64,000 nt of DNA from Patescibacteria group bacterium (lineage in GTDB: Bacteria; Patescibacteriota; Microgenomatia; UBA1400; PJMF01): the NCBI GenBank assembly GCA_041747555.1, contig JBGTEY010000008.1, positions 3,557 to 67,556 on the forward strand, written 5' to 3'. The notes below the pieces were generated by a model. The model ran no database searches and had not been told where the DNA came from. It worked only from the letters and a program-made list of their open reading frames with translations. Positions within the stretch are counted from its first letter, which is position 1. Each line of letters starts with the position of its first letter. Shown here piece after piece: positions 10,127-20,222 of this stretch. The translations under genes and the position numbers were made by a program.

Positions 10127-10864
10127 TTATGCAAATTCTGTTTTTACATCGTTGCTGACATAGGTGCCAATTTCTTCACCAGAAACAGCTTGGACTAAAC
10201 TGTCTCCTTTAAATAACTCAAACACCATGATCGGCATTTCGTTATCCATCGACATCGCGAGTGCTGCAGTGTCCATAACTTCAACACCTTTCATCTCGAT
10301 TGCGTCTTTGAAGGTGAGCGTTTTAAAGCGTTTGGCATCGTTGTGTTTGGTTGGGTCTTTGTCAAAAATTCCATCGACTTTGGTGGCTTTCATTAACACA
10401 TCACAGCCCAATTCTAGGGCATGGAGTGACGCTCCAGTATCGGTGGTAACGTATGGAACACCTGTTCCTGCACTGAGGATTACCACTCGACCTTTTTCCA
10501 TGTGTCTAATGGCTCTGCGGCGAATAAAACTCTCTGCTACGGCAGGCATTTGAAGCGCGGACTGCATTCTGGTTGGGACACCAACTTTTTCTAACGCATC
10601 TTGTAGTGCAAGCCCATTCATGACTGTAGCAAGCATTCCCATGTAATCACCTGTTGCTCGATCAATACCGTGTTTGGCACCTGCAATTCCGCGGAAAATA
10701 TTTCCGCCACCAATCACGACTGCAACCTCGATGTGTTTGGCATACACTTGCTTAATTTTTTTGGCTACGGTTAGGGCTGCTTCTGGATCGATACCATATT
10801 CCCTGTTTCCAAGGAGTGATTCTCCTCCTACCTTGAGCATAATTCTGCTAAATTGTCTGTTCAT
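10127..10864 (-). CDS. pyrH: UMP kinase
   Basis: LKVGGESL, GGGNIFRG, DYMGMLATVMN, TTDT, TKVDGIFDKDP. Confidence 0.97.
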   Translation of the reverse strand: MNRQFSRIMLKVGGESLLGNREYGIDPEAALTVAKKIKQVYAKHIEVAVVIGGGNIFRGIAGAKHGIDRATGDYMGMLATVMNGLALQDALEKVGVPTRMQSALQMPAVAESFIRRRAIRHMEKGRVVILSAGTGVPYVTTDTGASLHALELGCDVLMKATKVDGIFDKDPTKHNDAKRFKTLTFKDAIEMKGVEVMDTAALAMSMDNEMPIMVFELFKGDSLVQAVSGEEIGTYVSNDVKTEFA

Positions 10865-10882
10865 ATCTACCTTTCACTTTTC

Positions 10883-11914
10883 TTAAAATGGTAATTTAGT
10901 TCTCAATCTTAGTAATTTCCATCGCACTTTATCTGCAAACGTAAACAGTGAGTATAGCGGATCGTCGAGTATCAGGTCGTATGTTCCAACAAATTCTACC
11001 AAGTCGCCTCCATATCCTTTCTTGAACCGATGAAAGCCATACCATGGATTGTTTTTATTCGGTTCGGGTCCGAGCGATCCCCAGAGATCAAATGACGTGC
11101 ACCCCGAGTTTTTTCCAAACTGAATCATTTCCCACATCAATAGATTGCTCGCCATCACGTCCCTGTGGAGATTTCTTGAGGCTCCATATGGATAATATAA
11201 CACGTTATTAAAGACAAACACGATCCAAGAGACAAGAACCGTATCATCATACACAGCGTTGAAAATTCGCAACATGCCGCTGTTTCCCAATTCATCCCAC
11301 ATGGTTCTAAAATACTGCGGCCCATGGGCATAAAATCCTTGCCTCGAAGTTGTTTCTTCGAGGATTGAAATGTATTGTTCCATGCCTTCTTTTGAAGTAT
11401 TTTCAAAAATTTGCACGCCTTTTTGCTGTGCTAGTTTTACGTTGTAGCGAGTTTTACTGGACATGTTTGCCAGCAGTTTTTCTTCAGATTGGGTTAAATC
11501 AAGGAGGAAGCTATAGCGTGTAAAAAGTGGGCGTCCCCGTTTTGCATTGCGAGATTCGAGAAAGGAGCGGATATGTTGATGTGCAGTAGGTACTCCAACT
11601 TTTTGAGCAATATTGGGTTCCATTTTTATGAACAGCGCGCCGTGTTTTTTTCCGAGTTCTTTAATTGCCGATAGCTGCTCTTCATCTGGCATGTAACCTT
11701 TTGGAAGATAGCCTGCGGTTTTTGAAATCAAAGGAATTGGGTGAAACGTGACTTGGACACCGTGCGTAATGATCCCCTCATTAAAGAGCCCCACGCGCTC
11801 CACTGCCACCCCAGTTTTTTTGCGAAACTCCCCCCATTCCCACGACTGCAATGGATGGCCCACAACTGCGTTATATGCTTCTTTTTCTTCTGTGCGGACT
11901 TGTCTAAAAATCAT
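10883..11914 (-). CDS. FemABX-family peptidoglycan aminoacyltransferase
   Basis: HPLQSWEWGEF, FIKMEP, KTRYNV, YPYGAS, GFHRFKKGYGG. Confidence 0.9.
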   Translation of the reverse strand: MIFRQVRTEEKEAYNAVVGHPLQSWEWGEFRKKTGVAVERVGLFNEGIITHGVQVTFHPIPLISKTAGYLPKGYMPDEEQLSAIKELGKKHGALFIKMEPNIAQKVGVPTAHQHIRSFLESRNAKRGRPLFTRYSFLLDLTQSEEKLLANMSSKTRYNVKLAQQKGVQIFENTSKEGMEQYISILEETTSRQGFYAHGPQYFRTMWDELGNSGMLRIFNAVYDDTVLVSWIVFVFNNVLYYPYGASRNLHRDVMASNLLMWEMIQFGKNSGCTSFDLWGSLGPEPNKNNPWYGFHRFKKGYGGDLVEFVGTYDLILDDPLYSLFTFADKVRWKLLRLRTKLPF

Positions 11915-11943
11915 AACTCTCTTCTATACTACACCGTAATTGC

Positions 11944-13884
11944 TTAGTGGTTAATGAGATCTTCCAGAGAACGCTCTCCTGACAAGATCCCTTCCATCAA
12001 GTCATCGTCTACCGGAACGTATCGACGGCCAGAAGGTTGTTTAGGAGTCTTTTTCCCATTCCAACCAACGCTTGATGTAATTGTGGCGTCGCTCCGTACA
12101 TCCAAAAGCTCAGCATCGATGTCACTGAGAAATCGACTTTTTAAGGATTGCACCACGCGACCATACTGAAATCTTGATCGAGCAAAACTCAGATACAGGT
12201 GCTGTTTTGCTCGAGTGATACCCACATAACAGAGTCTTCTCTCCTCCTCAAGCTGATCAGGATCTATGAAGGTCCTTGAGTGAGGGAATAGGCCTTCTTC
12301 CATGCCTACCATGAAGACTATTTCGAACTCAAGTCCTTTGGCAGCGTGAAAACTCATGAGAGATACAACAGCATTTTTATCTTGTTCTGAGGTTTGGGAA
12401 TCCAGAAGATAGTCGTTTTGAATAAGTGCAATATTTTCCAGAAAAGTAACTACGGTATCAAATTGTGCTGCCACATTGATTAACTCTTCTATGTTCGCTA
12501 GTCGTTGCAAATTTTCTTCTGTTTTGCGGTCGTATTTATTGAGGTAATCAGTGACGTCGAGTATCTGTTTAAGGATTGCTGCCGGACTGGCCTGGAGTGT
12601 TGAATCTTGAGAAATCGTACCAAGCCACTTTGAAAACGTGTCAAAACGACGTTTCCCAAGTTTTACAATTCGTTCGTGGCTGACGGTATCATCTCGATTG
12701 AGCGCGTACCTGAGGTATGAGACGACGTCTTTGACTTCTTTGCGCTCGTAAAATTTTGTGCCACCTATGAGTTGGTACGGTATTCCTGCCGCAATAAATG
12801 CCTCTTCAAATTCACGAGATTGAGCATTGGTCCTGTATAAAATTGCCATCGAATCGAGTGAAACATCAGCACTCATTCGTTTGATTGTCATCGCGACTTG
12901 TTCTGCTTCAGTTCGGCTACTTGCGTGCTCAAATAACACAATTCGGTTGCCGGCTGATTGATTCGTCCAGAGCTCGAGAATTGGATGACTGGTGTTGAGT
13001 GAAATAACTTGGGTTGCAGCGTCAAGAATGTTTTGGTTTGATCGGTAGTTTTGATCGAGACGGTACTCAGTGACATGTTCAAAATCGGATTGCAATTGGA
13101 GCATATTTCGGTAGTCTGCTCCACGCCATGCATAGATACTTTGACTAAAATCACCCACCACATATAAATTATTTTGCGGTGCTGCAAATAGCTTGCTTAA
13201 CTCATACTGCACCTTATTTGTGTCCTGATATTCGTCTATCAGTACGTGGGTTAATCTTGTTTGATACATATCTCTCACTTGAGGCACGGTTGAAAGTAAT
13301 CTGTAGGTCATAAGTAAGAGGTCATCAAAATCAACAGCTTGCGCGTTTTGGAGTGCTTTTTGATACTTTGCATATACTTTGGCAACAAGTTGCTGATACT
13401 GGCCTCGTGCCAGGTTAGCATACTTGTTAGGTCCGATTAATTCATTTTTTGCGTTTGAAATCGTGCCTGCAACTGCTGCAGGGTTATGCTGATTTTTATC
13501 GAGATTGAGTTCGTCATAGACTTGCTTGAAGAGTTGCTTCTGGTCACTTGAGTCGTATATGGTGAACGAGTTATTGAGTCCAATGTGATGTCCATGTGCT
13601 CTCAAAATTCTTGCGCAAATGCTATGAAATGTGCCTGAAAGCGGCAAATGTTGACCAGTTTTCTGAAAAATTCTTTCCCTAATTTCACCCGCTGCTTTAT
13701 TGGTGAAAGTAACCACGAGTGCTTGATGCGGTAAGACCTTTTTTTCTTCGATAAGTCGGGCTACGCGAGTTGTGAGGACGCTGGTTTTGCCAGAGCCCGC
13801 TCCCGCCAAGACCATTGCCGGTCCTTCATCATGAAGCACTGCTTGCTGTTGGTTAGGGTTGAGTGAGGAAAATTGAGTAGACAC
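11944..13884 (-). CDS. pcrA: UvrD/PcrA ATP-dependent DNA helicase
   Basis: AGAGSGKT, TFTNKAA, IDEYQDTN, QNYRS, HAAKGLEF, EEERRLCYVGITRA; GTG start chosen 7 nt after TGTTAGGAT. Confidence 0.95.
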   Translation of the reverse strand: MSTQFSSLNPNQQQAVLHDEGPAMVLAGAGSGKTSVLTTRVARLIEEKKVLPHQALVVTFTNKAAGEIRERIFQKTGQHLPLSGTFHSICARILRAHGHHIGLNNSFTIYDSSDQKQLFKQVYDELNLDKNQHNPAAVAGTISNAKNELIGPNKYANLARGQYQQLVAKVYAKYQKALQNAQAVDFDDLLLMTYRLLSTVPQVRDMYQTRLTHVLIDEYQDTNKVQYELSKLFAAPQNNLYVVGDFSQSIYAWRGADYRNMLQLQSDFEHVTEYRLDQNYRSNQNILDAATQVISLNTSHPILELWTNQSAGNRIVLFEHASSRTEAEQVAMTIKRMSADVSLDSMAILYRTNAQSREFEEAFIAAGIPYQLIGGTKFYERKEVKDVVSYLRYALNRDDTVSHERIVKLGKRRFDTFSKWLGTISQDSTLQASPAAILKQILDVTDYLNKYDRKTEENLQRLANIEELINVAAQFDTVVTFLENIALIQNDYLLDSQTSEQDKNAVVSLMSFHAAKGLEFEIVFMVGMEEGLFPHSRTFIDPDQLEEERRLCYVGITRAKQHLYLSFARSRFQYGRVVQSLKSRFLSDIDAELLDVRSDATITSSVGWNGKKTPKQPSGRRYVPVDDDLMEGILSGERSLEDLINH

Positions 13885-13932
13885 GAAAAACATCCTAACA
13901 TATCTACCCCGAAGTGGTACACTGATGAATAT

Positions 13933-14601
13933 ATGAAGTATGTCATCGCAAACCTGAAATCAAATAAAAATACAGCTGAGGTCGCAGACTGGATTCAATC
14001 ATACACCGGGAAAAAATCCGACGCGGTCACCGCAATACTTGCACCATCACTCGTGCATTTAACACAGGTATCTGATGCTGGAGATGACCGATTTGCTCTA
14101 GCAGCTCAAGATGTGAGTCAGTTTCCAATGGGTTCATATACTGGCGCAGTGAACGCTCGCCAGCTCAAAGAAATTGGTGTGCAGTATGCTATTGTCGGTC
14201 ACTCAGAGCGAAGACGCTACTTTGGAGAGACACATGCGCAAATTGCAAATAAGATCGCGCAACTACTTGATGAAGGTATCACTCCAGTGCTCTGCCTCGA
14301 TACGGAATACATAGTCGAACAAGCTGCGGTGATGGATCCAGAGCATCAGAAAAAAATAATCGTGGCGTATGAACCTCTTTCTGCGATTGGATCTGGCAAA
14401 AATCAAGACGTAGGAACTGTCACCGAAGTTGTCAAGGAGATCCACCAAGTTTATGACGATCAAGTGCCCGTCCTCTATGGAGGAAGCGTGACTGAGGACA
14501 ATGTGCGTGAGTACAGCCTCGTTTGTGATGGTGTCTTAGTTGGAGGTGCAAGCCTCGATCCAAAGCATTTTTCCCGAATTGTCGCAGCAATTACTGCGTA
14601 A
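13933..14601 (+). CDS. tpiA: Triosephosphate isomerase (short form)
   Basis: ANLK, GSYTG, VGHSERR, AYEPLSAIGSG, LYGGSV, LVGGASL. Confidence 0.95.
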   Translation: MKYVIANLKSNKNTAEVADWIQSYTGKKSDAVTAILAPSLVHLTQVSDAGDDRFALAAQDVSQFPMGSYTGAVNARQLKEIGVQYAIVGHSERRRYFGETHAQIANKIAQLLDEGITPVLCLDTEYIVEQAAVMDPEHQKKIIVAYEPLSAIGSGKNQDVGTVTEVVKEIHQVYDDQVPVLYGGSVTEDNVREYSLVCDGVLVGGASLDPKHFSRIVAAITA

Positions 14602-16384
14602 GATTTTCTTGGTTTTGTGGAATTTTAAATACGACATAATCAGTACTTTCGATTGCTATCTCAAAAATTTCTCTCATCATGGCTTCATCCGCCAGCCACA
14701 CATGTCTTGAGTTATTGCTAACTGTTATGTAGTCCAAACTATACTTTTCCCAGAGATCTGGTTGATTTGGATTTTTGTACAGTGAACCTGCGTCACGTTC
14801 TACTTCTTCGTAGTCATACCCGTGAGTCCAGAGCCATCCACGGAACGTCAAGAGAGATTGACGACCAGTTAGTGTGTATAGCCAGTGATTGTGATGATCG
14901 CCGGTTAACCAAACAGAATCAGGTGAGGTGTTATTTTTTGCCCAATCAACAAGCATCATGTCATTTGCAGAATACATACCAACGCCATGGAGCTCAAACC
15001 GAATTACCCTCCAGGCATCTATTGCACCTGCAGCAGTCAATACAAAAAAGATACAACTTGCCACGAGCATTCCAACATACTTATTTTTATAATTCCAAAG
15101 ATATACAACGGCGTACCCAGCTAACCCAGAAATACCCAGCGATGCCCAAGTCAGTATCTTGGTATTGTCCCAAATGAACGGCTGAAACAGTATTAAGTTA
15201 ACTAGGAGCAGCATCACAAAAAATGGTAAGAAGATGGTGATTGTTCCCGTTCTCTCTGCAGAATTTTTCGCATCACGGAGTTTGATAATTAATCCCAACA
15301 GCGCCACGAGTGGCGTGATAGTCCAGTTGTTAAGCCAAAATTGTATAAATGAAATATCTTCTGCTTTGGAATACCATCCTGGAAACCACTGGAAAAAATT
15401 ATGACTCACGTTTTGGTTGAGAAAAGTAAGGTAAATTGGTAGCGCAATCAGGCCAGAAACGGTCCCAATTATCACCGCTGGAGTGAGTGTTTCTTTCCAT
15501 GACATGCCGAGTTGTTTTTTTTGAATAATTGAACCAATCGTCCAAATCGGCATTACAATTCCAAGAGCCAGGAATGAATGACTATGTAAAATTGGCATCA
15601 GGCCTATGAGTACGCCGGCGACTATAGCGGGTGTTAAAAGATGTTTTGGTATTGATTTATCTCGAGTAATCCACTTTTTCAAGCGCGTAAACCATCCTGC
15701 TTTTCTGTCAGAAAAATACACTCTGTGAACAAGGATTAAACTGAGAAGCGCAATCGGAAAACCATGCGTAAACGCTCGTTGTGGAATCACCATGCTGTAT
15801 ATTACCGATATCCACTCAATGACGTAGCCTTTAGATAAGTGCGTGTACTCACGCGGTGGCGTGATCATTGTTTCGAATGGTGTTTCAGAACCAATGATAT
15901 CTGAAAAGTATTCAACAAATCCAATTCCCCCATTCCATAGAAAAATGAGCGACGCGATGATGGCAATGCTCTCTTTTTTAAAGAGCGTTTTATAAAATGC
16001 AAACAACGCAACCACAAATAGTATGCACGCAATAAAAGACGGCACGATGAACGCAGAGAAAAATGGCACCCCTAAGCGAATGAGAGTAGCTGAAATCATG
16101 TTTGCTACGAAAGGATAGCTGAATGGTGCTCCAATCAAAAAAGGGCTCGAAGAGAGGAAGAGATCGCGATACGCCATCGCCGATCCCATGGTGAAGTGCG
16201 CAGCCCAGTCTCCCCAAATGCTCATGTGATATACCGTCACTGAAGTATCAGGTGCAATTTTGATAGCATTCATCCAAAAGTACAAAAAGTACAAAAACCA
16301 CCCCAAAAAAAACACAAGCGACCATGGATGGGCGCGTGCTAGTGAAATTATTTGTGAAACAAAGGACTTTTTTCTTTTCAGCAC
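14591..16384 (-). CDS. Polytopic membrane protein, probable GT-C fold glycosyltransferase
   Basis: WGDWAAH after the first TM, PF..G.PFSYPF, many TM helices, C-terminal soluble domain with LTGR..L..FRGWLWTHG. Confidence 0.6.
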   Translation of the reverse strand: MLKRKKSFVSQIISLARAHPWSLVFFLGWFLYFLYFWMNAIKIAPDTSVTVYHMSIWGDWAAHFTMGSAMAYRDLFLSSSPFLIGAPFSYPFVANMISATLIRLGVPFFSAFIVPSFIACILFVVALFAFYKTLFKKESIAIIASLIFLWNGGIGFVEYFSDIIGSETPFETMITPPREYTHLSKGYVIEWISVIYSMVIPQRAFTHGFPIALLSLILVHRVYFSDRKAGWFTRLKKWITRDKSIPKHLLTPAIVAGVLIGLMPILHSHSFLALGIVMPIWTIGSIIQKKQLGMSWKETLTPAVIIGTVSGLIALPIYLTFLNQNVSHNFFQWFPGWYSKAEDISFIQFWLNNWTITPLVALLGLIIKLRDAKNSAERTGTITIFLPFFVMLLLVNLILFQPFIWDNTKILTWASLGISGLAGYAVVYLWNYKNKYVGMLVASCIFFVLTAAGAIDAWRVIRFELHGVGMYSANDMMLVDWAKNNTSPDSVWLTGDHHNHWLYTLTGRQSLLTFRGWLWTHGYDYEEVERDAGSLYKNPNQPDLWEKYSLDYITVSNNSRHVWLADEAMMREIFEIAIESTDYVVFKIPQNQENLTQ

Positions 16385-16447
16385 CGTCTTATCATGAAAA
16401 CTTTTTCACTGAATGTCAATTGGGGGTTGCTTAAAAAATGTGGAAAT

Positions 16448-17365
16448 TTAGGACGCAGGTTCGGCAAATTGACCACTCACCCACCCCTGTTTTTCATCAA
16501 AAGTAATTTCATGCCAACCGTTGATTACATTCCCTGTGCTTGGATAGACCTCACCCACGGTAACATATCCTACCTCTGGGCTATTAGAGTTTGCATCGCT
16601 TCGAACGCGCAGTACTTCCTTGCCTTCGACAAAAAAGTTGGTCGTTAAAATCCGCACATTTCCAGCATTTTCGGACGGTGACGCGCTGTCTGTTGCAATT
16701 GATCCGCTCGCTGGTGGTGGTTCAGAAACCTGCGCAGAGTTTGATGCTGCGATTGGCAGTGACTCTCGATCAGGCGGCGCGGTTGGTTCTGGCTCATCAG
16801 ACATCTTCGCTAGCTTTACATTAATCAACATTCGTTGACCAGGTAGTACAAAGATTGTATTTTTTTGTGGAACATACGAGGGAAGCATGACTGTGTACTC
16901 AATATTTCCTGGTGCAACATTCTTAAACAGTACCGGTGTGTAATCTTTTCGCTCACCCTCAAGTTCTACGATTGCAGTGTCTGGGATTGAGACAAAAGAT
17001 ACTTCTGAAGTGTGCTTAGTTTCTATTGGCTCAAATTCATATATGACTCCTCCACTGGTTTCAGGTCGTCTTCCTGGTCGCCAAACCATGACTGTCAGCG
17101 CACCTGAACGAACAGTAATTGAAGTTTCATATTCAACGTATGTTTCATCATCGGGAACAATTTTAATGGTGTATTGACCTGGTTTCAGTGTTTTTTCTAT
17201 GAGTGGAGTTTTGTCGAGCAGTTGACCATTGAGGAACACCGAGCTTTTGATGTTGTTGGTACTAACTTGCAACCCTGCTGGAGCAGTTTTCTTAAAGGGA
17301 TTAAAAAATACAAAGCCAATTGCCAAAACCATAATCAGTAGTAATCCAAAAATCAATCGCTTCAT
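16448..17365 (-). CDS. Membrane-anchored PEGA-domain protein with a C-terminal bacterial SH3 domain
   Basis: N-terminal TM; two PEGA-like repeats (VFLNG...KTP, S.PD.A.V..G...TP); Pro/Ser linker; LRVRS...GW.EI...GWVS SH3b pattern. Confidence 0.8.
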   Translation of the reverse strand: MKRLIFGLLLIMVLAIGFVFFNPFKKTAPAGLQVSTNNIKSSVFLNGQLLDKTPLIEKTLKPGQYTIKIVPDDETYVEYETSITVRSGALTVMVWRPGRRPETSGGVIYEFEPIETKHTSEVSFVSIPDTAIVELEGERKDYTPVLFKNVAPGNIEYTVMLPSYVPQKNTIFVLPGQRMLINVKLAKMSDEPEPTAPPDRESLPIAASNSAQVSEPPPASGSIATDSASPSENAGNVRILTTNFFVEGKEVLRVRSDANSNSPEVGYVTVGEVYPSTGNVINGWHEITFDEKQGWVSGQFAEPAS

Positions 17366-17404
17366 GTAATCAGTGTATCACGACCCCTGGTAGTATCCGT
17401 GGGC

Positions 17405-20008
17405 TTACTTGACCTGAGGCTTACGAACCAGAGCCTTTTCTAAGACTTCGGCGACGGTTGCCATCGGGATAAAGGTTATATTTTTCTTAACAGACTCTGG
17501 AATTTCTACAAGATCGCGCTCATTATCCTGTGGAATCAATACAATTTTGCTCCCTGCTCGTTGCGCAGCAATACTCTTTTCTTTAAGCCCGCCAATGCGT
17601 AATACTCGTCCACGGAGCGTCACTTCTCCTGTCATCGCAACATCTCGCCTCACTGCAATACCTGTAAATGCAGAAACAATAGCTGTCGTCATGGTGACAC
17701 CAGCAGACGGACCATCCTTGGGAACTGCTCCCTCAGGAACGTGAATGTGGACATCAGATTTTCGTAACGCTTCTTCGTCAATTCCGAGCGAAGCAGCGTT
17801 TGCTTTGACATATGTCAGGGCAGCCTCAGCAGATTCTTTCATCACATCACCAAGCTTACCAGTTAATTTTACCTTGCCTGCTCCTGGAGTGAGTGCAGCT
17901 TCTATAAAGAGTACGTCCCCACCAACAGATGTCCAAGCAAGACCTGTAGCTTGGCCAACGACGTCTTCCTCATCGGTGAGCGTCACGTCATATTGTTCTG
18001 GTCCTAAGTATTTTTTCAATACTTTTGGGGTAATTCTGATTTTGGTGTTTTTCTTATCCTTACTGAGTTTGACTGCAATGTTCCGCGCTGCTTTCCTCAG
18101 GACCTTGTTGAGTGTTCTTTCAAGCTCTCGGACTCCTGCTTCCCTGGTATACACTTGAATTGTTCTGCGGATCGCTTTAGCAGAGTAGCTGAAGTCTTTG
18201 TCGGTTAAACCATTCACTTCAGTTACTTTTTGGAGTAAATGATCTTGGGCGATATGGAATTTTTCATCTTCTGTATACCCAGCGTAGCGAATAATTTCGA
18301 GGCGATCGCGAAGTGCGGGCGGAATAGTATCGAGCGTGTTGGCGGTAGTTATGAACATGACTTTCGAGAGATCGAAAGGAATATCAAGATAGTGATCTTC
18401 AAACGAAAAGTTTTGTTCTGGATCGAGAGCCTCGAGTAGTGCCGCTGAGGGATCACCGCGGAAATCATTTCCAACTTTATCAATTTCGTCGAGCATAAAC
18501 ACGGGATTCATGCTCCCCGCCTGCTTTATACCGCTGATAATTCTACCTGGCATAGCGCCGACATAGGTGCGTCTGTGCCCTCTTATTTCTGCTTCATCGC
18601 GGATGCCACCGAGGGACATTTTGACAAATTTTCTACCGAGAGCCTCTGCAATAGACCGACCGATACTTGTTTTACCCACACCAGGTGGTCCTACGAAACA
18701 GAGGATGGTTGGCAAATTAGTTTGCGATGCTTTTTTATTGTCAGTTTTTTCTTCAGCTCTCTTTTGCTTAAGCTGAAGTACAGACATGTATTCAAGAATT
18801 CGGTCTTTTACTTCTTCTAAACCATAGTGATTCTTGGCAAGGATTTTTGACGCTTTTTCGATGTCGACATTACCCTTACTAAATGTGCCCCATGGTAATT
18901 CTAAAATAGCATCGAGCCAGCTTCTGAGATATCCTGCTTCTGGATTATTAACAGACATTTGTTTAAGCCGTCGGACTTCTTTGGCAATTTTCTCTTTAAC
19001 TTCTTTTGGAATTTTTGCTTTTTTGAGTTTCTGCTCGTAATCACTCAGTACTTCTTCATCGTCATCTATATCGCCAAGTTCTTTTTGAATTGTTCTGAGG
19101 CGCTCGCGGAGAATATTCTCCCGCATGTGTTTGTCAAACTTTTCTTGTGTTTTGCTGACAACGTCTTTTTCGATTTCCAAAACCTTCATCTCGTGCGCTA
19201 AATGCTCGATGACTTGTTTGAGTCGTTTTTTGACATTTGTGGTCTCTAAAATGTTTTGTTTGGCTTTGGTTTTGATTGCGAGGGTGCTTGCAACCTGATC
19301 AACTAGTTCACCATTGGTGACGCCACCCATGAGCTTCATGAAGTTTAAAAATTCAACCGGTTTGCCCATGTGAACTGCTTTGCGGAATTCTTTTTGAAGG
19401 TGTGCAACCATTGCCTTCATTTCATCATCGTTGGGATCTGGCTCATCAAGTCTAGTAACGGTTGCGACCATTTTGGGAAATGTTGTGGTAAATTGCTCTA
19501 CACGAACACGTCCAATTCCTCGGACAAGCGCGTTAACACTGTCTTCTGTTTTGAGTGTTTTTTCGATAATTGCGAGCGTGCCAATTTGGTACAGATCTGA
19601 GGGGTTTGGTGTGTTAACTTTTGGATCACGTTGGGTGAGGAGCACCACCATTTTTTTATTGGTGTTGGCTTCCTTGATCGCATTGAGTGAAATTTTTCTG
19701 CCGAATGTTAGCACTGACTCAGTACTAGGAAAAAGTACGCCCTCGCGAATTGGAACGACAGGCAGTGTCAACGGACCTTTCTTGCGAGGTCTCTTAACTA
19801 TGCTGATGTTGCCCGATTTCTTGATGGTGAGCGCAGTTTCATCTGAAGAGTCTGTAGTAGTCGTTTCTTCGACTGCTTCAGTTTTTTTAGGCTGATTTAC
19901 ACTCGTATCATTCTTTGAAATTTCACTCATGGCAGTTTTGAGCGTGTCCGTTGTAGTCGACGTTTTCTTCTTGGTTTGCTTGGGTTTTGTGTCGCTATTG
20001 TCTGTCAT
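17405..20008 (-). CDS. lon: Lon protease (endopeptidase La)
   Basis: GPPGVGKTS, GHRRTYVGAMPG, LDEIDK, PKDGPSAG (catalytic Ser), GGLKEK. Confidence 0.98.
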   Translation of the reverse strand: MTDNSDTKPKQTKKKTSTTTDTLKTAMSEISKNDTSVNQPKKTEAVEETTTTDSSDETALTIKKSGNISIVKRPRKKGPLTLPVVPIREGVLFPSTESVLTFGRKISLNAIKEANTNKKMVVLLTQRDPKVNTPNPSDLYQIGTLAIIEKTLKTEDSVNALVRGIGRVRVEQFTTTFPKMVATVTRLDEPDPNDDEMKAMVAHLQKEFRKAVHMGKPVEFLNFMKLMGGVTNGELVDQVASTLAIKTKAKQNILETTNVKKRLKQVIEHLAHEMKVLEIEKDVVSKTQEKFDKHMRENILRERLRTIQKELGDIDDDEEVLSDYEQKLKKAKIPKEVKEKIAKEVRRLKQMSVNNPEAGYLRSWLDAILELPWGTFSKGNVDIEKASKILAKNHYGLEEVKDRILEYMSVLQLKQKRAEEKTDNKKASQTNLPTILCFVGPPGVGKTSIGRSIAEALGRKFVKMSLGGIRDEAEIRGHRRTYVGAMPGRIISGIKQAGSMNPVFMLDEIDKVGNDFRGDPSAALLEALDPEQNFSFEDHYLDIPFDLSKVMFITTANTLDTIPPALRDRLEIIRYAGYTEDEKFHIAQDHLLQKVTEVNGLTDKDFSYSAKAIRRTIQVYTREAGVRELERTLNKVLRKAARNIAVKLSKDKKNTKIRITPKVLKKYLGPEQYDVTLTDEEDVVGQATGLAWTSVGGDVLFIEAALTPGAGKVKLTGKLGDVMKESAEAALTYVKANAASLGIDEEALRKSDVHIHVPEGAVPKDGPSAGVTMTTAIVSAFTGIAVRRDVAMTGEVTLRGRVLRIGGLKEKSIAAQRAGSKIVLIPQDNERDLVEIPESVKKNITFIPMATVAEVLEKALVRKPQVK

Positions 20009-20020
20009 ATGATCTATGAA

Positions 20021-20047
20021 TTAGCATTCTATTTGTTTGACTGCTAA
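20021..20047. promoter_or_regulatory. CIRCE element (HrcA operator) upstream of lon
   Basis: TTAGCATTC-N9-GACTGCTAA versus consensus TTAGCACTC-N9-GAGTGCTAA (2 mismatches), 12 nt from the lon start codon. Confidence 0.88.
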
Positions 20048-20085
20048 AAATCAAGGGGAAAATGAGAAATTGAGAAGTCGTGCTG

Positions 20086-20159
20086 TGGGTGATCATGGAT
20101 TCGAACCATGGACCTCAGTCTTATCAGGACTGCGCTCTAACCAACTGAGCTAATCACCC
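20086..20159 (-). tRNA. tRNA-Ile(GAT)
   Basis: Reverse complement GGGTGAT...CAGTC-CT-GAT-AA-GACTG...GGTTCGAATCC...ATCACCCA. Confidence 0.96.
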
Positions 20160-20222
20160 ATAAAATCAATCTGTTAAGAGGCGTTATTGTACCACGACCT
20201 TGTGTGTATCGCGATCCTAGAT